Positions 13,401 through 46,283 of a DNA stretch of 64,000 nucleotides are shown here, in pieces (the stretch's first letter is position 1; every line of letters starts with the position of its first letter). The stretch lies in the NCBI GenBank assembly GCA_013265495.1, contig MU058423.1, positions 8,975,627-9,039,626 on the forward strand, in the 5' to 3' direction. The notes below the pieces were generated by a model. It searched no databases and was not told where the DNA came from. It saw nothing but the letters and a program-made list of their open reading frames with translations. The stretch comes from Vicugna vicugna (Eukaryota). The translations under genes were made by a program, and so were the position numbers.

Positions 13401-13926
13401 GTTATTAAGACAGAAACATAAATGGATGCTGAAAGACCAAAACAATAGACTCTGCTGGTTATTCCCTGTCCCTCAGCTCCAAGCACACCTTTCAAAATTC
13501 TGTTCATGTTTGGGTGTGTAAACTGTAATTTCCAGACTCCCTTGCTAAGTGGCTTCTGGTAAGATTCTGCGAAAGGGAAGGGGGAGGTGGAGCTTGGAAA
13601 GAGGCAAGAGAAAGGGCTCTTCCTGTTTCCAGTTCCTGACAGGACTGCTCCAGCAGCGGCTCCCGCCAGCTGTGGTTCCACGCTTCTTTCAGCTGCCCTG
13701 CCACGTGCCCTGCCGTGCCTCCTTGAAGCACGGATGTTAGTTCCACTGCGCTCCCTCACCGGCCGGGCCACGCCACCTGAACCATCCAAGCACCTGCCAG
13801 GTTGCACTCCCCCTCCTTTAAGAGCACCAACTGCAACGCTCTCTCAAAAGTACCGCTTCTTGAGAGTTATGACCATCAGTCCCAGAGAGCCCCTCCTACA
13901 GAGTTGTAGTTCTGATAACATCACTT

Positions 13927-14370
13927 GTGTTAGTCTGGTCTCCAGAGACAGAATCAATAGGAGAAAGAGAGAGAGACCTACATACACATACAAAGAGAGA
14001 CTTACAAGGTATCGGCTCACGTGATTGTGGAGCCTGCGACGTCCCGTGTCTGCAAACTGGGGACCCAGCGAGGCCGGAAGTGTTGTTCAAAGGCCCGAGA
14101 GCCATAGAGCCAGTGGTGTTGATTCCAGTCTGAGTCTGACGGCCTGGGAAACTGGAGCACGGAGGGCAGGAAGACTGATGTCCCGACAGCCCCAGCAACC
14201 AGGCAAAGCGCAAATTCAACTTCCCTCTGCCTCCTCAGGCCCTCCAAGGATCACATGAGGCCCACCCACGCTGGGGAGGGCAATCTGCTTTACTCAGCTC
14301 ACCAATTCGGATGCCCGTCTCTCCCAGAAACACCCTCACAGGCACACGCGAAAATACTGTTTAAACAGAT
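13927..14370. mobile_element. MLT2-type ERVL solo LTR
   Basis: TGTGTTAGTCTGGTCTCCAGAGACAGAATCAATAGGAG start and GAGGCCCACCCAC...GGAGGGCAATCTGCTTTACTCAG...CCAGAAACACCCTCACAG end. Confidence 0.85.
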
Positions 14371-15781
14371 GTGTGATTCAAAAATTTTCATCAGAAGTTT
14401 CAATAGTTCTAGCAAAGGATCTAACTTCAATGTCATAAATATTGTCATTTTAAAATAAAACTATTCCAACACTCTCAAATTTATCCACTAGACTCTAAAA
14501 ACCATAGCTGTTTGATATCCACCATCTCCATTAAAAGAATATATTCCACTTTACCTATAATTTTGTCATATTTTTAATGCTTAAAAGTTCACCTTGTCAT
14601 TTCTCTGCAATAAAAATATGTAGATTAATTTAAGTTTTTAAATTTTCAGTGAAGACTCTTAAAAATTTTCTAAATTTCTTGTGGCTTAACCACAATGAGC
14701 ATCATTATGCAATGGGCATAACAAATATATTCTTTGAAATATTACTAAGTATAAGTATAAAATTTACAGAAATATATCTCAATTTGATGCACTTTTTTAA
14801 AAAATTAGATCATGTATCTGTGGACAAATATTGTTAGCTACTGGGATGAGATGGAGTTCAATGAAAATAACAAAAAGGTTATCAAGTACGGGGCTTAAAA
14901 ACAGAAATTATTTGGTGTATTATTTACAGAACATTAATAATATAGATTATAGGAGCTATAATGCATTCCACCTGGTAAAGATGAGTAGAAAGCAAAGAAT
15001 TTATAATTCATAATTCATCTTACTATGTAGCACTCTCCAAAAATTAAAAAAAAAAAGGGGGGTTTAAACTTCCTAGTAGCCTTTTGGCAAAGCTACCGAA
15101 AATACTTCCCCTGGTAATCAGAAAATAAGTTTTGTTTAAAGATGTAATGTTGATCTGTGGAAAGTAAATAGGAAAGCTTTTCTCTCTTTACTTAAAAGCA
15201 TGCGAATATATAAAATAAGATGCAGGCTTATGTCTTAGTTTGAGTAGGCTTTTCAGAAACTAGTATTTCAAATTGTCCCTGTATTTGGTGCCTTTTGAGA
15301 TTTTTTTTATACTCTGAGGGATTGCACCATAGTAAAATTAGACTGGGTAAAGAATACATTTTCTTTGTAAAGAGGGAAAATGGAGATTGTGAAAGAGAAG
15401 CTAAAAAGGAGAATCTGCAAAGTCCTACCTTGATAGCAGACAACTCTATTTTGGAAGTACCTGTTTAAGTAGAGAAATCTGGAAACAAATTCTTTAAAAC
15501 TACTGACATCTGCAACTTGAAATACAAGGGAAGGATTTGTGAAACTCAAGTGGTATGAATACTGTCTGAAAGCCACTGGTTAAAGAATATTCTTAAAGAC
15601 CATTGCATGCATAGTATAAAATCAACAGAATTACTTGCATTAGGTGATCATTAAGAAATGAAGAAAAAAGCATACTGAAATAACAATTTGAGATACAGAA
15701 GTAGGAACAGAAATATAATTTTGCTTGGAAAAATAAGTATCTTCCAGGAATTAACAAAAATTTCTTTGTGGTAGTCTCACC

Positions 15782-15787
15782 TTTATT
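15782..15787 (-). terminator. Candidate distal RTCA polyadenylation signal AATAAA
   Basis: AATAAA about 1.3 kb after the stop with U-rich downstream sequence. Confidence 0.4.
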
Positions 15788-16847
15788 TTGACCAAGCTGA
15801 GACTCAACAATAGTGACACACCCAAGCCAAGATTAATAATAAACTCATCCTGTACGCTGTTGACCTTAAATCTCTCGCTCCAAAATTCCCAGTCTCTGTA
15901 TTCCAACCTACCTCTGTAACACTGCTGCACACCGTGTCAGAAACAGTAGGTACCACATTAGTCTTAAGCCCCCCAAATTTATCACAACCCCTCCAACAAC
16001 TATACTAGAAGTGTAGTTTTACTCTCAAATAAAAAGGTATTTCATATCTTATTTGTTATAGAAATGAACTTACAAAATTTACTTCCCGAAAATGAAAATA
16101 GCAAGCAATACTACCATCATCATCTTTAAAACAAACTGAACCCAACTGTTCAAGGTCACAGAAATCACCGACAAGAATTACAGTTATGTATATGGAGTCA
16201 TTTTTTTTCTTTATACTGTTTTATACAAGTTAATTCTGCACTTGCTGAATGTTTTATAATACCATCCTCTGGATCTGTATCTTGAACTATGTTTTAATCA
16301 TCACCAGATAAGGTCCAAGACAGAACTAAGTTTTAGAAAATTCCTCACTATATTACAACATGGCGTATTTAGCTGGTGTAGCAAACCAGTTTCATTTGAG
16401 TCACAACCGCAGCTGCCCACAGGGACCAGAAAGTAATCTAAATGCGGGAGCAGGCTAGATATAAGATAACTGAGAGTAATGAAAAGCACATTCTGTTCTT
16501 TTTTAATACTATAAGCCAAACAAAAACATACCTGGGGCTGATTTGGCCAAATCTACTAGGGTTGATATTTTGCAATTCTCATTGTTTAGCTTTCACAACA
16601 TATTCAACAGATTCAAAATCAGTATTTACCAAGTGCCCACTAAAAAGAAGACATGTAATTAGAATGAGACGCTTATTAAATGTTACTGCTGACAGAGCAA
16701 GCGCATGTGCATAAAGTTGACTCATTATATTCTACATGAGATTTCAGTGAAGTGATTAAAATTATACACAAACTACAGATCAAATCTACATCCCTACCTT
16801 AAAACACTGTATCAAAAAGAAAAACACACTTCAGGTGAAAAGATTAT

Positions 16848-16853
16848 TTTATT
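16848..16853 (-). terminator. Proximal RTCA polyadenylation signal AATAAA
   Basis: AATAAA about 235 nt after the stop, followed by a GU/U-rich element (GTGTGTTTTTCTTTTTG) at about 16829-16813. Confidence 0.65.
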
Positions 16854-17087
16854 TCAATACTTCAATAATACTGAAATTAGCTCTCATACATATTCACCAA
16901 CTCTTAAATTTCACTGTCCGTATGTATCTCAGGAGATACGGTCAAAGTGAGATTTCTCTGAACATTCTGTACTTCATCTCCAAATTTAAGTCAGGTCCTT
17001 TAATAAGTTACTACTTATTGTTTTACAGTATTTATGAAGAGAATTAGTGCAATACATCACTGAGGTATCATTTAGAAGGCAAATACC

Positions 17088-38079
<20,992 letters not shown>

Positions 38080-38551
38080 TCAGCAGAAACGCCGCAGACG
38101 CTCAGCGCCCAGACGCCGGGTTCCAGGCGGCCGCAGCCAGTGCGCGTGCGCGTGCGCGCCGCGCGGCGCGGCGCTTAAAGAGGCGGCGCCCAGAAAATTC
38201 CCGCAAATCGGAACCTTTCGGCGAGATGGGATGGCAGTAGGGGAGATGCTCTGCAGCACGGTAGGAAACGTGTCCCTGGAGGACTTCTGCCCTGAACTCA
38301 GCAAAACGCGCAGATTGCAGGAAGCCACTGATCCTCCAGTTGTCCCGCAGGCTTGTGCAAACATCTGTGTATATCTCTGTCTCCCTGAGGATCCTGCCAT
38401 ACCCAGAACTGGAGACTTTTAGAGCTGAAGGTGTAAGAAAGGTCCCTCCGGTGCACCGACCACGTTCTCTTCGCCTTCTTTGCAGCCTTTACCTTGAAAT
38501 ATGTGTGCCCTGGTGCGTTCATCAATGCATGACCTTCTCATTCCTCCCCGG

Positions 38552-38552
<1 letters not shown>

Positions 38553-38582
<30 letters not shown>
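38553..38582. repeat. (GT)n(GC)n compound microsatellite
   Basis: GTGTGT...GTGCGCGCGCGC. Confidence 0.95.
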
Positions 38583-38754
38583 CAGGAACAACAGCCAACT
38601 TCTTGATTCTGCTTGTGGATCAATTCGTAACACTCAGTACCAAATAATATGCAAGCCTCTAGGTATACAAAGAAGAGCAAGGTAGTTTCTGCCCTGAAGT
38701 GATTGGAAGTATATAGGAAAGACTGAGAAGTAATCAATTATAATGTCATTCTTC

Positions 38755-38804
<50 letters not shown>
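38755..38804. repeat. (ATA)n microsatellite, about 16 units
   Basis: Directly visible. Confidence 0.95.
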
Positions 38805-38805
<1 letters not shown>

Positions 38806-39069
38806 TACTATACTTCTAGTTAAGTAAAGGGGAGCAGCAATTAGAATATGACGAAGTGTAATAATAACAGCCAACACTTATCAAGCACTTAGCTGCTGCA
38901 TGGATTCATGACCTGCTGAAGTATGTACTGTTTTTACTGATTTATAGCTGCATGTGTTAAACAATTTTGCTACAAGGCCACACAGTTGTTAACTAGAAAA
39001 CTGGGATAGAAACCTCAGGGGTCTGATGATAACATCATTGTCTCCTACTCCCAATGTTCTACCACTTTT

Positions 39070-41385
39070 GTAACAGAGAAAATTCTGGTAATGCAAATAG
39101 TTATTTCAATCTTTGATACAAAAACCAGACAAAGATGACAGGGGGAAGAAAAATTATAGACCAACTTTATGAATTTAGATGCACTGGGATCAATCAAGAT
39201 ATAAACAAATGAATCCAAGAATGTTTATAAAATGCTATACAATATGACCAAATTGGGATTGAATATTATTCTAACATCAGAAAAATGTTATGAGGATATA
39301 CCAAAAACCTAAGTTCACATTAATAGATGAGGAAAAAGCATTTGAAAAAAAATCAAGGTCTACATGTGATAAAAACAAAATCAAACAAAACTAAGAATAA
39401 ATGTAAACTCCCTTAACCTGGTTAAGGACATCTGGAAAACCCTACAGCAAATTTCATTCTTAATAACAGTATGTAACAGTAAAACATTAGTCATCTTCCT
39501 TTTAAAAGCAGTAACAAGGTAAGAATGCCCACAGTTTTGGCTTCTTTTCAACAGATGATGGAAGTCTAGCCAGATTTTACAAGAAAGAGATGAAAGACAT
39601 AAAATTGGACAGGCAAAAAAAAAAAACCATCATTATTCACAGGTGATATGATTACCTACATAGAAAACCCCAAAGAATCTTTAGATATATTATTGAAAAT
39701 ATAGTTTCAATGAAATTCCAATTAAATGCCCACCAGGACTTCTTTTAAGGAGCCTGACAAGCCAATTCTAAAATTTATATGACCCAGAAATAAACCTAAC
39801 CAAGGAGATGAAAGACTTATACATGGAGAACTATGAAACATTGATTATGGAAATTAAAGAAGACTTTAAAAAATGGAAAGATATCCCATGCTCCTGGATT
39901 GGAAGAATCAATATTGTTAAAATGGTCATACTAAAATTTATATGAAAAAACAAAAGGGCAAGAATAACTTTAAAAGAATGAGGTGGAGGGTACTTGTCCT
40001 CACGAAACCTAGTATTTCTATGAAGCTAAAATTAAAATAATGTGAAATTGGTTCAGTGATAAATAGATTACTTAGAGCCCTTAAACATATTGCTGTGACA
40101 GAGGAGATGGCAGATCGGTGGGAAAAGAGGATGTCTTCAATTTATGGTGTTGAACAATAGGTTAATCATAAGGAAGACATGAAATTGGATTTCTGTCTCA
40201 CACTATACACAAAAAGATGTTTTAAAGACTTGAATATCTTACACCATATTAAAAAAATTTAAATCAAAGTGGATCAAAGCCCTAAATGTAAGAGCTATAA
40301 CTATAAAACTCTTAGAAAAAAATATAGATGTAAATCTCCATGACCTTGGATTAGTTGATACGAGTGCTCATTACAGTCTGAAAAGCACTGCCTTAAAGAA
40401 ACTTACACCTGCATTAAAAGGAATTATCAGGAATGTTCATAGCAGCAATGATGGCAATAGGAAAGAAGTGGAAACAACACAAATGTTCACTGAATACAGA
40501 ATAGATAAATTGTGCTATCATCATAAAAGCTACTTGCATAAAGATACACAACTTGATACCATTTTTATCAGACTCAAAACAAGCAAAAGTAAACTATATT
40601 GTCAGGGGATCCACCTATATAGTAAATCTTAAAGGAAACAAATGAACAACAAACACACTATTTAGTATAATGGTTGTCTCAAGGGGAGAGGGAGGGTTAA
40701 AAGGAGAAGCAGACCATGACCTTCACCAGCATAGGAAAGGTTCTATTTCTTAAACTGAGTGATGATGAGTTCAAGGTTTTTGTTATCATGTGACTCATCT
40801 GTATGTTACATTATTCTTTTGTATAGTACCATATAATACAATTTTTAACAGGTTTGTTGAGATATACATACCATAAAGTTCACCTGTTTTAAGTGTACAA
40901 TTCAATGATTTTTAGTAAATTTACAGAGTTATGTAGCCATCGCCACAATCTGGTAATGGGAAATTCCCAGTCCTGCAAAAACCTTTCTCTTGCCCTTTAC
41001 AGTCACTCCCCATTCCTACCCCCAGTGCCAAGCAACCACTAATCTGCTTTCTGTCTCTGTAGATTTGCCTTCTTTGAGCATTTCATATAGGTGGAATCAG
41101 GCTTTTTGGATCTAGCTTTTTTTCTTAGCATAATATTTTTGAGTTTCACTCATGTTAAAGCATGTATCAGTATTTCAGTCATTATTACTGATGAATAATA
41201 TTCCATTATGAATACACCACGTTCTGTTTATTCCTTCACATATTGAAGGACATTTGGGCTGTTTCTAGTTTGGAATTAATATGAATAAGGCTGTTATGCT
41301 CATTCTGGTACTAGTCTGTGTGTGGACATATGTTTTTATTTTCCCTGGATAGATACCTAGGAGTGGAATTGCCAGGTCATAATCA
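39070..41385. mobile_element. Nested L1 fragments between the RTCA and DBT promoters (plus-strand ORF2/3' end to about 40845; minus-strand 3' end about 40850-41385)
   Basis: Degenerate ORF2 RT motifs; open internal piece [18 protein letters not shown] at 39783-39930. Confidence 0.85.
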
Positions 41386-41543
41386 ATCATTTTATTAATT
41401 TTTTAAAAAGAGAAGAAATGGGTTGTTTGGTTCCTTTGAGCTCAAGTGAAAGGATTAAGTAGTGAATAGATGGCATATTTCTTGATGTTGGAAGATAAGG
41501 AAACATATAATACTGAATTTGGAAGCAGTAATCCACTGAGGTA

Positions 41544-41616
41544 AAAAGAAATAAACTAGATATTTTCTTAGGAGATAAACACAGAAAAGAAATAAACTAG
41601 ATATTTTCTTAGGAGA
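41544..41616. repeat. Perfect 32-bp direct repeat with 9-bp spacer
   Basis: AAAAGAAATAAACTAGATATTTTCTTAGGAGA at 41544-41575 and 41585-41616. Confidence 0.95.
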
Positions 41617-42499
41617 AGGTAGAGTTAAAGGGAAAGTTAAGAGGAAGAAGGTGGTATAGGGGCCCTAGGAAGAAAAATTATTCACTTCAAAGGCACGGCT
41701 ACTTTTATCTTTTTATACAAACACATGCATGTAGTTATTATCAAATATATTAATAGTACCTAGAAAATGTTTTGTTAGTGGGAAAATTTTTAAAAATCAA
41801 AGCTCTTTGACTATCCCAGATTTTCTTGTAAAGGTAATGATTTAGATTTATTGCTTACAGTAGTTTGTGTGTGTGTGAAATACACTGAAAAGCAAATAAG
41901 GCAAAATAAGAAGTGTGAGTTTAAGTAATATTAGTGCATTTGTGAAGTACCTGAAATTTTGTTTTATAGTCACTAATCTGATTTTTGTCTTTGTTCTGTT
42001 TTTTTCTCCATAATTTTTTAGACACCTGTACAGATTTCCATTCCCATACATGAGGCAAGAACAGACAAATATCCCGGGCATTTCTCCAAGAGGCAAATAA
42101 ATCAAGGTAATGTCTGAGATATATATTGCATATTCTGGGCTGCTACATCTGACAATATCCTCAGAGAAAGAAAGGTACTGTTGATGACGCTTATCTTAGG
42201 CATTGTGATAATCTTGTTCATCTTTCAAGAAAAAAAAAATCGAAAAGCCAATTTCGGTAACCAAGAACAATCAATGCTGGTAGGAAATGCCAGTCATTAG
42301 GAAGTATTCCAGTATAGCTTTGACTCCCCTAGCGGTACAGTCTTGCTACAAAGTATAGAAATGTCCCGTTTTCTGTAATCAGGGTGGTTATAATTCAGGC
42401 TCAAGGAAGGGTGTTTTTTCCCCCTACTTATCCCTCAGATTTTACTTCAACATACATTTCTCCGGGTAAGTGTTCTTCCTTTATGTTTCCTTAACCCTA

Positions 42500-43130
42500 T
42501 TTCCCCCGTTTCGTGGATTGGAAAGGTCGCTGGCGCACACGTACTCACACAGCAGTGCCTTACCCACTTTGTCCCTGAAATTAAACTTGGGCTGCCCTCC
42601 GCCCTACTTGCCCCGCCCCCGAGGGCGCGCCCCAGCCCCGCCCCGCTCCCTGGTTGGCTGTTGTGGGGGGTGGGAGGCTGTTCCTCCGCCGTCCAGTGGC
42701 CGCTCGGGGGAGGCGCGTTTCCCGGCTCCCAGTAGCTCCCCCCGCCAAGGCAGCCTTCCCCCAGCCGAGCAGCTGTCATTTCCGGAGTAAGATGGCTGCG
42801 GCGCGTGTGCTGACTACCTGTAGTTGGAATACCGGACGGCTGGTAAGCAGGTTGGGCAGATCTGAGGTCGGGAAGAACTGATTTATCCGGAGTCAGCCCG
42901 GAGAGGTGTGTTACTTTGTCCTCCGAGTGCCTCGCGTGCAGGGCTCGCGTGATGGAGAGGTGGAGGGATGCCTGCAAAACGAAGGGCAGCGACGGTGGCG
43001 AGCCAACCCGTCTGCAGACCCACCACCCCCTCTCCTTTCCTTACTTGGACGCGTTTCTGTTGTGACCTGACACTCTCCCGCTCCATCTGTACCCCGAAGT
43101 CCAGCTAGCCTTTCGCCCGCTAGCCTTTCA
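42500..43130. promoter_or_regulatory. CpG island / promoter of DBT
   Basis: CpG-rich; GC boxes CCCCGCCCC at about 42611 and 42636; TTCCGG (ETS) next to AAGATGGCTGC (YY1-like) overlapping the ATG. Confidence 0.9.
42792..42842 (+). CDS. DBT: DBT coding exon 1 ([17 protein letters not shown])
   Basis: AAGATGG Kozak context, GTAAGC donor. Confidence 0.96.
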
Positions 43131-46100
43131 TTGAGCATCATCTGGGTACCCGACATTGTGATAGGCACTAGGGATACAGAGATATCCCGTATTCATTCAG
43201 CATTTATTGAGCACCTCTTTGTTCCGGACACTGATAATACGACCCCTGCCCTCGAGGAATCTGCAGTCTAGAGAAAGAGACTGATCAGGCAGAACACAAC
43301 ACTGTAGATTCTTGGCCTCCGAGCATTTGAGAGACTCCAGCTTTGTTCTTTGGATCTATACTTATCACTTATGTCTTTCTACCTTTTTAATCACCATCTG
43401 CCCTGCATTTCTCCCCTTTCACACAGTCCTTTAGCACCAAACAAGTCACATCCCAGTAATCAGTGTTTCATGCTATTTGTCTAGCGTTTTTCTAACTGGG
43501 TCCCCTCTTCCGGATTTTCCTTCAGTGTTCGACCTCTGATCTTACAAACCTTTTCAAGAGTCTGCCATGTACCAGGTACTGTGGTAGGAACTGGGGATGC
43601 AAATGTAAGTCAGGCGCTGATCTCTGCCCTCTGAGATTTAATTACGGCCCTGTGGTGGAGCACAGGGGAGAGAGACAGGGGTAGACCATAAACAGAAAAT
43701 TATAGCACAGCATGAGAAGACGGAATTAAGTGCACAGAGCTACAGAGACACATAGGAGGGGTCTTGAGGGTCAGAGAGTTCCCAGAAGATACTGTATAAT
43801 TTGAGATTTGTGAAAGGTAAGTAGGAGATAACCAGTAGAAGAAAGCTCTTCCTCTTTCCCTGCCCAACTTTTGAATACTGGTGTTTCTAAGGGTTCTGAC
43901 TTTGACCCTCTGTGTGCTTTTTACACTGCCTGTTCGTTACCTCATCCACTTCTTTGAACATAGTTGCCACTTAAATGCTGATGATTCCTGAAGTTACCCA
44001 ATCTTCGAGCCAGCTCTACTCCAGACGCGAATATCTTAACTGCCCTGGAAATCTCCAAGTTGCATGTATATTAGGTGTTTTTCTGCTGTAAGTAATAAAC
44101 CCAGCCAATAAGTAGGAAGTTAAATACCTGTATATACAAAGCATCTGAAAGTTAGATGACAGCTGCACTGATTAAGTGGCCCATCATTATCAGGGTTGTC
44201 ATTTTAACAATTCATTTGACCTTCCCCCCTCAGGGTCGCAAGAGGGCTGCTACAACTTTGTGTTCAGGGCAGGAAGGAGGGAGGGGCCGTACCATCCAGA
44301 CTCACTGGTTAGAACTGTGTTACAGTGGCCACGGCTAGCACAGGGGAGTTTGGAACCAACTCACAGTGGCTGCTCTAATGCCTCCAAGGCACGTCAGACT
44401 CTAGGCTCTGCGATGAAACCCTCAAACCTGTTTCTCTTGATTCAATTGAAAAAAGTAGTCATTGTTCCCCACCCTGTCTCGAGCAGGACCTTCCTAAATT
44501 GGACTTTCTGCCTCTCCAACCTATTCTCCATAGTATAGCCAGAGTGATCTTATAAAGTAAGACACAAATTTGAGAATGTCATTTCCTTGCTTAAAACTGT
44601 TCTCAGCAAAATGTTGAGAATTCAGATGACTATGAAGCAATTTATGATCTGAACCTTTCCGGTCTCTCAGACTTCATTCTTTGCTAAAACCTACCTCAAC
44701 CCAACCCTCACTCTTGGCACTTCCCTCACCCTTAGTGCACACTAAACTACACTAGAAGTATATTGAACTATTTCAGTTAATTGAACATATACTGCGCTCT
44801 CTCTCTCTCTCTGTCTCAACTCTAGACCTTTGCACATGCATTTCCTCTGCTTTAAAGACTCTTGCCTTACTCCCCCATGGCCTGACCTGCAACACACCTC
44901 ACCCTCTCAGTTACTCCTACTCATCCCTTAGGTCTTATTTCAAGTTCGCTTTCTCCAGGTAGGATCCCTCTGTGTTTCCTTAACAGTGTCTCCCCCGTTA
45001 CAACTCTGTTGTAGTCACCTGTTTACTTGTTTTTATCTCTCACGGTATAGACTGTTGTTCCATAAAGGAATGAATCGCATCAGTTGGGTTCTCTAATCCT
45101 AGGTGCCTGCCATGTAGTAGTAGGTACTCAACAGATTTGTTGAATGACTCAGTGAAAAAATACTCTGTTTCTTTTCCATCTGTTATAAAAAATTGTAAGC
45201 AACAAGAGGTCTTACCACCTACAATAAATTATTAAGAAAGCCTTATGTTTGTACTTCCCTGCAGCATCATGCATTTGACTTAATTGACTTACTATATCAT
45301 CTTGAATTTTTCTATTTTTTTATGTCTTCCTTTAGTAAAGTGTAAGCAGTTTGAATTCAGAGACTGTATCCTGTATCTTATTTAGCTTTGAATTCCTGAG
45401 CACAGAACCATCCTGTCTTTAGGTATGCTGCATGACTGCCCGTTGAATTATTATTATTTCCCTTATGTGAACCTGTTAAACCTTTTCATCTCTTGTTTTT
45501 TTGTGTTGTTTGTAGAAAAAAGTCTTTCCTACTTGAAAAATTATTTTTTTCTCTTTATCCCATTTTTATCCTTCTGTTTTCCTTTTTTATCGTTTTAGCG
45601 GGCAGCTTCACTGATGTGTTTTAGCCTTCTCTTAATGGACATTGCGTCACTATTTATCACATAATGCCTGTTGCTCTTATTTCACTTTGTCTTTTTCCAG
45701 TCTTTAATCACCTCAGCCAGGAGCCCGTCGTTTCATGCCTCAGATACAAAATATTTTCTTTGTCCTTTCTCTCCAGGCTTTACCTGTTGTAATCTAATTT
45801 TTAAAAATATACAAATGTATTAACTTCTTAATCCTTTTTCTTTAGTAACCCATAATGTATGAGTTCACATTCCTTATCCTGAGTTTGCAGTTTGGTGCTC
45901 AAGCTCCTCCCACTGCTCCCTTTGATGTGATCAAGTCAACGCAGGCTGCTCACTGCCCTGGCAGACATCCTAATCAAGTTCTCACTGCAGTCCTTTTTCT
46001 TTTTTATTGTTTCCTCTGCCTTCAAAGTACACTTCTGCTCTTTATTTATTTATACCTATTATGCAAGGCTCAGCTCAAATCTTCCTCCAGGAAGTCTTCT

Positions 46101-46246
46101 TGGGTCAAACCAGTCTGGGGAAAACAAAAACAGAAACAAAGACAAACGGAAACTCTCTATTTAAACTCCTTTAATATTATCTATATTATCTATACTTATT
46201 AGAAAAACTTGGAGCACACATGCCCACACATGGGAGTGAGAGAGAG

Positions 46247-46283
<37 letters not shown>

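Noticed and set aside
13376..14258. Cluster of 60-145 aa overlapping ORFs
   Set aside because: Lie in a GC-rich patch and an MLT2 LTR; no recognisable protein or coherent splice structure
41544..41616. Repeat-spacer-repeat resembling a CRISPR unit
   Set aside because: Only two copies, 9-bp spacer, mammalian context, no cas genes
42447..42977. 176-aa minus-strand ORF over the DBT promoter
   Set aside because: Same CpG-island effect; no recognisable homology
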